In this document: one piece after another, positions 37,705 through 45,632 of the stretch
Position numbering within the stretch: the stretch's first letter is position 1
Layout of the letters: the number at the start of each line of letters is the position of its first letter
Program-made: the position numbers and the translations under genes
DNA from: a virus
Strand: one strand, 5' to 3'
IMG/VR virus record: IMGVR_UViG_3300050821_017570
Coordinates: 32,001-96,000 of that record
Length of the DNA stretch: 64,000 nucleotides
Notes under the pieces: generated by a model
The model's input: only the letters and a program-made list of their open reading frames with translations
Told to the model about the DNA's origin: nothing
Database searches by the model: none

Positions 37705-38257
37705 AGGTGGTTTCCAAACTAGAAAGGAAGGGGCGAAACATCTCAATACTTGCCAAACAGTCATCAAGGCTCCGGTGGGCCGGATTACCCTTCGGGCGCG
37801 GCACACCCGTCACCATCTCCTTGCCGATCTCAAAGCTACTAACGTCGAGTAGACGGTAGCTGAGTTCTGACAAGCAGTTAGGTGTGTGCCAGCGGAGCCA
37901 CCGAACGTCGAAATGTACGCTGCTGCCGGCCAGGTAGGTTTGCTGGCGATCCACACGATGCGAGCGAATCCACTCGATCAGATCGGTATCACTGAAGTAG
38001 TGGCAGTCACAGATACCCTGCTCGTACCGCTGGACGATCTCACCGATCAGACCCGATTGGGTATGCAGGCGGACGCACTGGTGGTCCATCCCCTCGACGC
38101 ATTCATCATACGGCATGCCGGCCAGCCAGTGGAAGCGGCCCAGCTCAGTGAGATGTCGATCCGTAACGATACATCCGACCTCACGGATCTGGCCATCTTC
38201 GGGCTCAAGTCCCGTGGTCTCCAGATCCAGCCATACCAAACGTAACGGGTCAGTCAT
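37691..38257 (-). CDS. orn: Oligoribonuclease-like DEDDh exonuclease
   Basis: LVWLDLETTGL..LAGSSVHFD..YRLLDVSS..HRSLDD. Confidence 0.85.
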   Translation of the reverse strand: MTDPLRLVWLDLETTGLEPEDGQIREVGCIVTDRHLTELGRFHWLAGMPYDECVEGMDHQCVRLHTQSGLIGEIVQRYEQGICDCHYFSDTDLIEWIRSHRVDRQQTYLAGSSVHFDVRWLRWHTPNCLSELSYRLLDVSSFEIGKEMVTGVPRPKGNPAHRSLDDCLASIEMFRPFLSSLETTYGTH

Positions 38258-38266
38258 AAGTTCTTT

Positions 38267-38548
38267 CTAGTCAGGCTGATAGATCAGCCAGACGAGGTCA
38301 TGCGGGTCAGGTCTCAGATCGCGCCACCAGCTATGGATGGCAGGTATGCCAACATACCAACAGTAATGGTCCGAACGGTGTGCGGGGTCAAACCCAGTGT
38401 GGGTGAACCATACAGTCGAGCCATCGGATTCGAACGGAGGCCGCGGTAGGGCTACGACCTGTGTGATCCGAATCCTCCAGGCCTGTTCCCGACACAGCCA
38501 GACTTGGTTTGCCTTGAGTGGTTCTAACATCTTAACCTGCAGGCTCAT
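38267..38548 (-). CDS. GQIW-family array protein
   Basis: LKANQVWLCREQ ... DLVWLIYQP. Confidence 0.75.
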   Translation of the reverse strand: MSLQVKMLEPLKANQVWLCREQAWRIRITQVVALPRPPFESDGSTVWFTHTGFDPAHRSDHYCWYVGIPAIHSWWRDLRPDPHDLVWLIYQPD

Positions 38549-38801
38549 ATAGCAGAATCATGAGATCCAAATCGGTCGGGTCGTCGTCTCGTTGGCTCAT
38601 ATGACAGGCACGAGTTGGGTTAAACCAATAGGTACAGCGATCGTTTCGGCTGAACCTCCCATCCTGTTCAACCCGATAGCGTATGGGCTGTCGATGCTGG
38701 CCTTCATCACTCACATGTGGGTCACCCAGCTCGGTAATGATAATGCGTTCGGTCTGATCTCTTCGGAGCCAAATTTGTCCGACCCTCAGTTGTTCCAGCA
38801 T
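38532..38801 (-). CDS. GQIW-family array protein (first gene of array)
   Basis: AAGGA RBS; LRVGQIWLRRDQ ... DLMILLYEP. Confidence 0.8.
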   Translation of the reverse strand: MLEQLRVGQIWLRRDQTERIIITELGDPHVSDEGQHRQPIRYRVEQDGRFSRNDRCTYWFNPTRACHMSQRDDDPTDLDLMILLYEPAG

Positions 38802-38810
38802 AGTGTCCTT

Positions 38811-38843
38811 AAACAGATAAACCCAGGCAGAGCCTGGGTTTAT
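38811..38843 (-). terminator. Perfect 12-bp hairpin, probable terminator at head of array
   Basis: ATAAACCCAGGC-TCT-GCCTGGGTTTAT followed by CTGTTT on minus strand. Confidence 0.6.
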
Positions 38844-38865
38844 GACAACCAACCATCATATGGGT

Positions 38866-39216
38866 TCAATCAGTCCGATTATGCAGACGTCCCGCTAGAT
38901 CCCAATCCGGTCCCCACACCGGATCCTCGGTCAGCCAGCGGACCAGCGGTTCCGCCCCTTCGCCCCGCCAGGTCAGATCGACCTGCTGGCCCTGACTGGT
39001 CACAATCAGCCGAACCTCCCAATCGTCACGGCAGGTCTGGTCCTCGGACACCATGGGGGTGATGTCAAAACCGTCTGGGCAACGTCTCGACAGATGCGAT
39101 ATAAGTTCTCCACCTGCAGAGACTTGTGTCGCCGCGCTAAACAGGTGGACCCTATATCGGAGGTAGCGGGCCACGCCGTCGACCGGATGTCGAATCCGTA
39201 GACTCGTGTGGCGCAT
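38866..39216 (-). CDS. Hypothetical protein
   Basis: ORF tiling. Confidence 0.5.
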   Translation of the reverse strand: MRHTSLRIRHPVDGVARYLRYRVHLFSAATQVSAGGELISHLSRRCPDGFDITPMVSEDQTCRDDWEVRLIVTSQGQQVDLTWRGEGAEPLVRWLTEDPVWGPDWDLAGRLHNRTD

Positions 39217-39605
39217 CAGTCACCCGTCGCGGCTTCGGCAGCCAGGCTGGCCAGCTTGGCGGTCTCGAACTCCGTCTGAGGCCAAATCATCGCGCTGTAC
39301 TGGGGCTCAAACGTCAGGCCGGCAACGATCGGCTTGACCGTGGCGGTCACACTGGTCCCAACCGGTCTACCAACCACCGCCGACACCACACTACGGAGGT
39401 CGTACCAAAGTACCGTCTGGGCCGACAGGTCACCCGTGGTGGGATCGATCTGACTTGGGTAGTAGATATGGACGTTGCTAATCACGTGAAACCGCCTTAT
39501 GCGCGAAATGCCGTCTTGGGCACTATTTTGGGATTTTGAGACTGCGGGGGAGCTGCCCCCGCTGGCTTTCTTTTTGCTATCGTAGGGACTAACCGGTTGG
39601 GTCAA
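39216..39605 (-). CDS. Hypothetical protein
   Basis: ORF tiling. Confidence 0.5.
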   Translation of the reverse strand: MTQPVSPYDSKKKASGGSSPAVSKSQNSAQDGISRIRRFHVISNVHIYYPSQIDPTTGDLSAQTVLWYDLRSVVSAVVGRPVGTSVTATVKPIVAGLTFEPQYSAMIWPQTEFETAKLASLAAEAATGD

Positions 39606-40137
39606 TAACCAAGATAGGGTTGGTCATCGGGTTCGTCCTCATCGGGGAGCCCCAACCCATCCTTACCCATCAGTGGGCCCTCGTCCGCCCAATCTAACTC
39701 AGAGGCAAACATCTCGTCGGGTGACGTGATAGGTGACTCATCATCATACTCGTACAGTAATGGGTCCATAACGACTCCATAGGCTGGTTGCGGTTACACC
39801 GGTCGGTACTCCAGCTGCCAGGTTAGGGAATCCCTACGGTCCGGGCAACTACAGGTTATGTCTCCAGAGGCAATAGATTCGGATGCTGACAAACCACGCA
39901 CACGTCAGGGCCATTCCGGCAACCGTCACAGCCGCTCCGTCCGATCGATCCTCGACTGCAGGACCCGACAGAATCGGCAGATCTGAGAGCGTGGGCGCCC
40001 CGGGTCGGGCAGAAACCAGAGCCTGCATTCCAAGCACTTCTTTTTCAGATCCGTCTGGTCATCCTGGTCCGCATATCGGCACCACGGCTCTTCCAGATCG
40101 GCCAACTCGTCAGACAGATGATCGGCTTCGTCTCCCA

Positions 40138-40563
40138 TCAGGTGGTCTCACCACAATGGCGACAGACCCGTGGTTCCACATACACCATATCGGGATCAAG
40201 CGCGTCGCCCAGGACGCTTTCCGAAACCGCATGTTCATGGAGTTCAACACCCGTAGCGGTAAGCAGGCCGGCGTCATTAAGTCGATCCAGGTCCGGAGGT
40301 ATACGAATCATATCAACCGCTTGGACCGCGTAACTGAAGTAATAGCGCCAACTGATACCGCTGGTTGACTTAAAGGGCTCAACCCGGTTCAGATGGGCCT
40401 CCCCAGTCTCACACATCTGGTCCAAGATGGCTTCCAAGTCATCCGGTTGGATCGGCTCTTCTGAATCCAGCACAAGCCGCCACACCAGATAGGTGTCGAC
40501 TTCAACCGGTGATGGTTCCGCTACGGGCTTGGCCGGAGCTGATTTTGCTTTCTTGTGCGTCAT
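40138..40563 (-). CDS. Hypothetical protein
   Basis: AAGG RBS; C-terminal CRHC. Confidence 0.55.
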   Translation of the reverse strand: MTHKKAKSAPAKPVAEPSPVEVDTYLVWRLVLDSEEPIQPDDLEAILDQMCETGEAHLNRVEPFKSTSGISWRYYFSYAVQAVDMIRIPPDLDRLNDAGLLTATGVELHEHAVSESVLGDALDPDMVYVEPRVCRHCGETT

Positions 40564-40566
40564 ACC

Positions 40567-41034
40567 TTATCCTTGTGACATGTAGGGGTGGTCCATCTCC
40601 GGGGCGGCAGCCGCCTCACCGGTTGGCTTGGGTCGAGCCGTGCAGAACGACGGGTCCGGCCGCTCCATCGTGGCCACTAGGTCTTCCATCTCCAGCTCGG
40701 GAACAAAGTCGTCATCATCCTGATCCGGGGCCTCACCCATACCCTCGTAGGGCTCGTCGGGGGCCTGATCGGTCATCTCGAACGGCATGAGGTCCTCGTT
40801 CGTCAGCTCATCCCGCACCTTCTCGACCGCCATGAAGAGACGATCGATCTCGATCTCGATCTCCTGACGGATCTCACGCCGCACCGGCTGTGGGTCCACC
40901 AGGTTGAGGGCCGCGATGAGTCCTTCCAGGCGACCCGCCAGATTCGCCAGCTCTGAGAGCGCGAACTGCGACTGCTGGGTATCCACGGCCGTGTCGGGCG
41001 CCGTATCGGTGTCATCCGTGCTGTAGAAATCCAT
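40567..41034 (-). CDS. Acidic hypothetical protein
   Basis: Start refined to MDFYS; D/E-rich. Confidence 0.55.
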   Translation of the reverse strand: MDFYSTDDTDTAPDTAVDTQQSQFALSELANLAGRLEGLIAALNLVDPQPVRREIRQEIEIEIDRLFMAVEKVRDELTNEDLMPFEMTDQAPDEPYEGMGEAPDQDDDDFVPELEMEDLVATMERPDPSFCTARPKPTGEAAAAPEMDHPYMSQG

Positions 41035-41175
41035 TGGTTTGCTTTCTATCGGGCTGTAGCCCTTCGGGTTTTGCTCGCTTTGATCGCTGGAGCGCGCGAC
41101 TAGCACATTCGTGGGCCCTTCGGACCAGCTCAGCGTCGCGCTGCAGCTGGTGGGGATCGTGGGTCAGACGGCCCA

Positions 41176-41409
41176 TCAGAGCCTATCTTCCAGATAGGGA
41201 GTTTCCGTAGGGGTCAAACGAGCGACCTCCCGTTGCAGGAGGTCGACTATCATCAGATGATCCGCTAGCTCAATCCATTTACCCGTATCGTGGGGCCGCA
41301 TGGCCACCAGAACGAACGGGTCATCCACCGGGCTAGGCCGGTACCGAAATATCTTTGGCAGTTGCATGTGGCCCCACCAGGTAATCCAGACAGATGTAGG
41401 TAACCTCAT
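41176..41409 (-). CDS. Hypothetical protein
   Basis: ORF. Confidence 0.4.
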   Translation of the reverse strand: MRLPTSVWITWWGHMQLPKIFRYRPSPVDDPFVLVAMRPHDTGKWIELADHLMIVDLLQREVARLTPTETPYLEDRL

Positions 41410-41680
41410 CCGGCAGATCGGTCGTCGCGGTGACGAAGCAGAAGCCTTCCTGAATCGTCAGGTTGGTAACCCGATAGAGCTGGCCAGCCGTCCAGTACTG
41501 GACGCCAGTCAGCCGATACGAAAGGTCCTGAGCCGCTTCGACCCAACAGCCAATGAATAACCGGTCTCGGTATTCGGTTTGGTTGCGAGGCCTGACGACC
41601 ACGCGGGGCGGTGCGGTCCTGTCAACCGCACACGCCCCCCGATCGTGCCCTAACCGTCCACAGTCAGGGCAATAGTGCAT
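41333..41680 (-). CDS. Hypothetical protein with N-terminal Zn knuckle
   Basis: MHYCPDCGRLGHDRGAC; TGATG coupling. Confidence 0.5.
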   Translation of the reverse strand: MHYCPDCGRLGHDRGACAVDRTAPPRVVVRPRNQTEYRDRLFIGCWVEAAQDLSYRLTGVQYWTAGQLYRVTNLTIQEGFCFVTATTDLPDEVTYICLDYLVGPHATAKDISVPA

Positions 41681-41814
41681 CAGAAGCCCTGACGGAACCG
41701 ACGGGTCTGAACGGCCTTGAAGGCTGCCTGACGACGGATGCTCATCTGGCGGGCCTGATTGGCCCGACGGGTGATCCAAGCCTTCTTGGCGGCGCGGCTA
41801 TACTTGGTTGACAT
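41680..41814 (-). CDS. Small Arg/Lys/Ala-rich peptide (44 aa, not in track)
   Basis: MSTKYSRAAKKAWITRRANQARQMSIRRQAAFKAVQTRRFRQGF; AAAGGA RBS. Confidence 0.6.
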   Translation of the reverse strand: MSTKYSRAAKKAWITRRANQARQMSIRRQAAFKAVQTRRFRQGF

Positions 41815-41839
41815 GGTTTGATTCCTTTATTCGTGTTGG

Positions 41840-41989
41840 TTACTTGGTCTGCAGATACTTGGAAATAGCATCTGTGATGCGATTCAGTTCGCGCGTAAAC
41901 GCGGCCCTCTTCGCAATATTGCTGCGACGGGCCTGATTGGCCCGACGGGTCGCCACAGCCTTGTGGGCTGCCAGCTGACGCTTACTCAT
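41840..41989 (-). CDS. Small Arg/Lys/Ala-rich peptide (49 aa, not in track)
   Basis: MSKRQLAAHKAVATRRANQARRSNIAKRAAFTRELNRITDAISKYLQTK. Confidence 0.55.
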   Translation of the reverse strand: MSKRQLAAHKAVATRRANQARRSNIAKRAAFTRELNRITDAISKYLQTK

Positions 41990-42479
41990 CTGTCTCATCG
42001 TACGTCACTTCCGTGTGGCTGTCGGTTTGACAGCGTTGACACAAACATGATAACCAGCCGGTGCGATGCGACACAATCCGGGCGGGCTCACCGCCACAGG
42101 ATTGGCAATGCTTGCCGGCTGCGTTTTCGATCTCGGTAGCTAGCTGCCAGAACCGATCGTAAAGCGACTCAGCTAATGCCTTATCAGCCTTACAGGCCTC
42201 GGTAAGCGGAACTCCGTCGAGATAGAAACGGCATCCACCGAACTTCTCTTTGATCTGTGCGATCGAGATAGGTTCGTCAAAATGCTCTTTTAGTTCCAGA
42301 TAGAGGGCCCACAGGGTGCGACAACCGGTCCGAATCGGTTCATGCCACCCAGGTGGATACTCTACCCGGCACGATCCGAGCATCTCAGGAAACTCAGCGA
42401 CCAATTCCTTGTAGGGAAGGTCGTATTCTTCATCATCCATACGGTGGTGGATCCTTTGCTTGTTCCTCACATAGCTCAC
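41982..42479 (-). CDS. Conserved phage hypothetical protein
   Basis: PPGW..QIKEKFGGCRFY..CQSCG..GWLSCLC motif. Confidence 0.65.
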   Translation of the reverse strand: MSYVRNKQRIHHRMDDEEYDLPYKELVAEFPEMLGSCRVEYPPGWHEPIRTGCRTLWALYLELKEHFDEPISIAQIKEKFGGCRFYLDGVPLTEACKADKALAESLYDRFWQLATEIENAAGKHCQSCGGEPARIVSHRTGWLSCLCQRCQTDSHTEVTYDETDE

Positions 42480-43170
42480 GTGCTAGCCAAATATGGTAGT
42501 CGATCACCACTTCCTCCCAAACCCGCAGATCGGGTTCTCGTCGGAGGCTACTTCTGATTTCGGCCAATCCGGCAAGCTCGGTAGCTTCTCGGAATCGATC
42601 TTGCCATTCATTATAGCTAAGACCCGCCTGTTTCACCTGCATGAGTGACTCTGCCATCCTTCGGTCAAAGTCACTCACTCGAACCGGCCAGGTGCCGTTT
42701 TCGAGACAAAACCACAACTGCCACAGTGTCCTAAGCGCATGGTGTTGGGCTTTCCGGCACTGACGCTCGCCTGGAGCGCCACGCTGGAACCACTTCTCCA
42801 CATCACGCTGTTGACCCTTGCAGAACCCGTGGATCGCCTTCGTCATTGGGTCGCTAGCGAGGCTGAATCGCTTGAGACTCAAGAGTTTGTCGCCCCACGG
42901 ATCACGTTCTACGATACATTCGTCTGGCGCCCAAAGGGTATCCAGATGTGTGAAGCTGCTTTTGCAGCCCACTAGGAAACAGAATTTTCGGAAAGACTCG
43001 AAACAAATATCAAGTTCCCCTTCGGGACGATACTGCTCGAATGCACTAAACCCTACCAGGTGAGAAAGCGTGCCCTGCCAACAGACGCCTCTATAATCGA
43101 AATCCGACTCAGCGGTGTGGAAGCCATAGGCACGCGATCCACCAATCACTTTGAGATGTTGTCGTTCCAA
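42433..43170 (-). CDS. Pol-beta superfamily nucleotidyltransferase (RlaP-like)
   Basis: IGGSRAYGFHTAESDFDYRGV (GS..D.D). Confidence 0.8.
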   Translation of the reverse strand: MERQHLKVIGGSRAYGFHTAESDFDYRGVCWQGTLSHLVGFSAFEQYRPEGELDICFESFRKFCFLVGCKSSFTHLDTLWAPDECIVERDPWGDKLLSLKRFSLASDPMTKAIHGFCKGQQRDVEKWFQRGAPGERQCRKAQHHALRTLWQLWFCLENGTWPVRVSDFDRRMAESLMQVKQAGLSYNEWQDRFREATELAGLAEIRSSLRREPDLRVWEEVVIDYHIWLARELCEEQAKDPPPYG

Positions 43171-43181
43171 TCGGCCCCTCC

Positions 43182-44294
43182 TTAGGTGTCGTGAGTGGCT
43201 AGATAGTCCGAGCTACGTTGTTTCAGAATCAACCTGCCAAGCTTCGGATCACGCTGCTCACGCATTGGGCGAATAACTATGCCCTCGCGAAGCGTATCAC
43301 CCAGCACGGATCTACCTGTGCTAGCCTGATCCATACTGGTATAGCCGTTCTCGGTCATCCATTCACGCAGCGTCCGTCCCTTCGACAACACGGGCGCCAC
43401 ATAATCGTAGCCATCCAGGACCTCATAGAACTTCTCGGCATCGATCGGTTCGGAGTCTACCTCGATATCAAAAAGCCTCACATGAAGCTCTTTGAATCCA
43501 TAGATGTTCCCATTCATGCCTGGACCCAACAGCTCACCACGCACGGTGATGAGGTGACGACCAGGGAAGAATCGGGTACTCAGGTGGATCAGAATGTCTT
43601 CCAGGTGCGAAGCTTTGGCACCAACGTGCCAGTTAGTCACCGGGTCAACCAGCAGAAGACGTCGGCTGCAGTAGAGGAATCCCCTGTCAGGATCCAAGCT
43701 AACCGATGCGTGCGAACCTTCCATCTTCTCCGTCGCCACGACCGGTTGATCCATCAGGTCCTCGACCTGCCGTTTGAATCGAGCGCATGACTCAAGGTCA
43801 TACATCGAGACACCCGTCGGCAGCGTCATGGTACGCGAGCCATGGTTGTGGCCGCCACTGATACGCTCCTCTGGTTCCCACTTCACAATGCCCAGCACGG
43901 TAGAGTAGTCGACCGGTTCACCATGTGGGGTTGCGGCAGCTGACGCCATGTCGGCGACCAGACACTGGTGAGCTGCGGTCTGATAGTCGGGGTGATCCAG
44001 CAGACTCGTGTTGGCAACCACACCCTGCGAGATCTCCTGACGCAACCGTATGGTCTTCACACGATTCTTGTCCTTACCCGACAGCTTCCCCGTGAGGCCT
44101 ATCTTGTCCGTCACATGGGTCGGAAGGATCGAGTCGACCGGGAAGTACAGTACCTTGTCACCGGGCTGAAATTGGCCTTTGGCCACGACGAACTGATAAT
44201 CGATATCGGCCAATTTGGCTAGGTCGAGCCTATCCGCATTCGGATGTGGCCATACCTTCTCGATTGTCTCGATACGAATGTACCAGCTGGACAT
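43182..44294 (-). CDS. RNA ligase, DRB0094/Rnl5 family
   Basis: N-terminal HPNADRL..VV.KGQF..GD..YFPVDS; TEKMEG; RGELLG; FDIE; REGIVIRP; LKQRS..YL. Confidence 0.9.
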   Translation of the reverse strand: MSSWYIRIETIEKVWPHPNADRLDLAKLADIDYQFVVAKGQFQPGDKVLYFPVDSILPTHVTDKIGLTGKLSGKDKNRVKTIRLRQEISQGVVANTSLLDHPDYQTAAHQCLVADMASAAATPHGEPVDYSTVLGIVKWEPEERISGGHNHGSRTMTLPTGVSMYDLESCARFKRQVEDLMDQPVVATEKMEGSHASVSLDPDRGFLYCSRRLLLVDPVTNWHVGAKASHLEDILIHLSTRFFPGRHLITVRGELLGPGMNGNIYGFKELHVRLFDIEVDSEPIDAEKFYEVLDGYDYVAPVLSKGRTLREWMTENGYTSMDQASTGRSVLGDTLREGIVIRPMREQRDPKLGRLILKQRSSDYLATHDT

Positions 44295-44623
44295 TAGTCG
44301 TCCTCGATATCGCCGTCAGAGTCCGCATCCATGTCCAGATCAGCATCCATGTCCTCAAGTGGATCATGGTCATGGAAGCTAACGAACTTCTCTTCCTCTT
44401 CATCGGGCTCAGTATGCAGGCCATCGAATGGCGGCACCTGCATGGCCGGATGATCGATGAATGCCTGCATCTGCTCTTCGGACATCGTGTCCAGGGCGGC
44501 CGTCAGGGCGGTGGCCATCGCCTCATAGATGAGACCAAGCTCATGGGCCGGCTTCATGCCATCCGTGTGGCCAGCGATGCTATCGAAAACACTCTCAACG
44601 ATACTCTCAGGGGTGAGATCCAT
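44294..44623 (-). CDS. Highly acidic small protein
   Basis: D/E-rich C-terminus. Confidence 0.55.
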   Translation of the reverse strand: MDLTPESIVESVFDSIAGHTDGMKPAHELGLIYEAMATALTAALDTMSEEQMQAFIDHPAMQVPPFDGLHTEPDEEEEKFVSFHDHDPLEDMDADLDMDADSDGDIEDD

Positions 44624-44661
44624 GTGGACTCTTTCCTACAAAGGTAACTACAAAAGGTGAT

Positions 44662-45258
44662 TCAAGCCGCTGGCGGCTCAACAGGTGCGGCCGGCAAAGC
44701 CAGCTGGCGCTCCTGAGCTATCCTGATGAGATAGCGGGTGTCCTCTTCGAGCCGATCGCTCAGAAAGGGATTCGCGTCATGGAGAACCTGATTCAGCTGA
44801 AGCGTTTCCTCCCCATACTGGATACAGAACCCATAGTCGGTGCACTGATCGCGATGCACACAATTGATCGTTTCATTCACGTTGTCGCGACGATCCAACA
44901 GCTTCAGCAGCTTGGAGCGCCGCGGGATCGTACGGATCCGATCCCAGTCTGATTGCTTCTGCTGCTCACGTGTCAAACCAGGCAGCTTGACATTCGTCAT
45001 GTCCTGAACGATCCACCCGACCGCATCGCCAAACAGCATAACGATCAGATCGATCGGGCACTTCTGAGGTTGGTCCTCTATTGAATCGTGAAGCCATGCC
45101 GCCGCTACCATCTCAGGACTGGTGCCCCAGATGATGGAGGCCTGAGCCGCTACCCTGGCGCAGTGGGTGTGGTAGGGGTCCCCACTATATTTACGCTTCT
45201 GGTCAGCATGCACCCACAGACAAAATCTGGAAACCTGTTCCAAGTCAATCGGCATCAT
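44662..45258 (-). CDS. HD-domain hydrolase, RelA/SpoT-like ((p)ppGpp hydrolase/Mesh1 type)
   Basis: HADQKRKYSGDPY.TH...VA; AAWLHDSIED; LKLLDR.DN. Confidence 0.85.
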   Translation of the reverse strand: MMPIDLEQVSRFCLWVHADQKRKYSGDPYHTHCARVAAQASIIWGTSPEMVAAAWLHDSIEDQPQKCPIDLIVMLFGDAVGWIVQDMTNVKLPGLTREQQKQSDWDRIRTIPRRSKLLKLLDRRDNVNETINCVHRDQCTDYGFCIQYGEETLQLNQVLHDANPFLSDRLEEDTRYLIRIAQERQLALPAAPVEPPAA

Positions 45259-45632
45259 GGTTTGCTCTGTCGGGGATCATGCCGTGCGTGAGGGCGTCGG
45301 GCCCGCTCCTTGAGCCGACGATCGAGTTCTGAGGAGTCAAAGCTTCCCTCAGGCAGATCGCCAAGCGCCATAAGCCGCTTGCGCAACAGCACCAGAACAT
45401 CCTGGGTTGAGAAGCCACGGAATGGGCTATCACAACCAGGAGCGTCCACCACATCCATAATCATGCTGTTGACCAGCTGAATCGCCTGCTCTTTGGCCAG
45501 ATGTTCCATCTCGGTCAGCTTGGGGCGCGCCGCCTCCATAATGACCCGAACGGCTATCGAACGCTCCTCCGGTGTCGGCTTATCCATGGCTCGCTGAAGC
45601 TCGTGTGTGAGGTCGTTGAAGAAATCATGCAT
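45255..45632 (-). CDS. Hypothetical protein
   Basis: Start refined to MHDFF. Confidence 0.5.
   Translation of the reverse strand: MHDFFNDLTHELQRAMDKPTPEERSIAVRVIMEAARPKLTEMEHLAKEQAIQLVNSMIMDVVDAPGCDSPFRGFSTQDVLVLLRKRLMALGDLPEGSFDSSELDRRLKERARRPHARHDPRQSKP

Larger units (their letters stand above)
25505..38852 (-). repeat. Tandem array of ~32 paralogous GQIW...LLWEP small genes with degenerate junction repeat CTG(C/T)TGTGGGANCCACCATG or TATGANCC
   Basis: Conserved N- and C-terminal motifs read in each ORF; junction DNA aligned by eye at >15 sites. Confidence 0.9.

Noticed and set aside
30615-38852. Junction repeats as a CRISPR array
   Set aside because: Repeats are degenerate and coding, spacing is about 230-310 bp with full ORFs in between, and no cas genes are in the window
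25505-38852. Array as an integron or diversity-generating retroelement
   Set aside because: No attC inverted-repeat structure, tyrosine recombinase or reverse transcriptase, and no template/variable repeat pair differing only at adenines; such genes could lie outside the window
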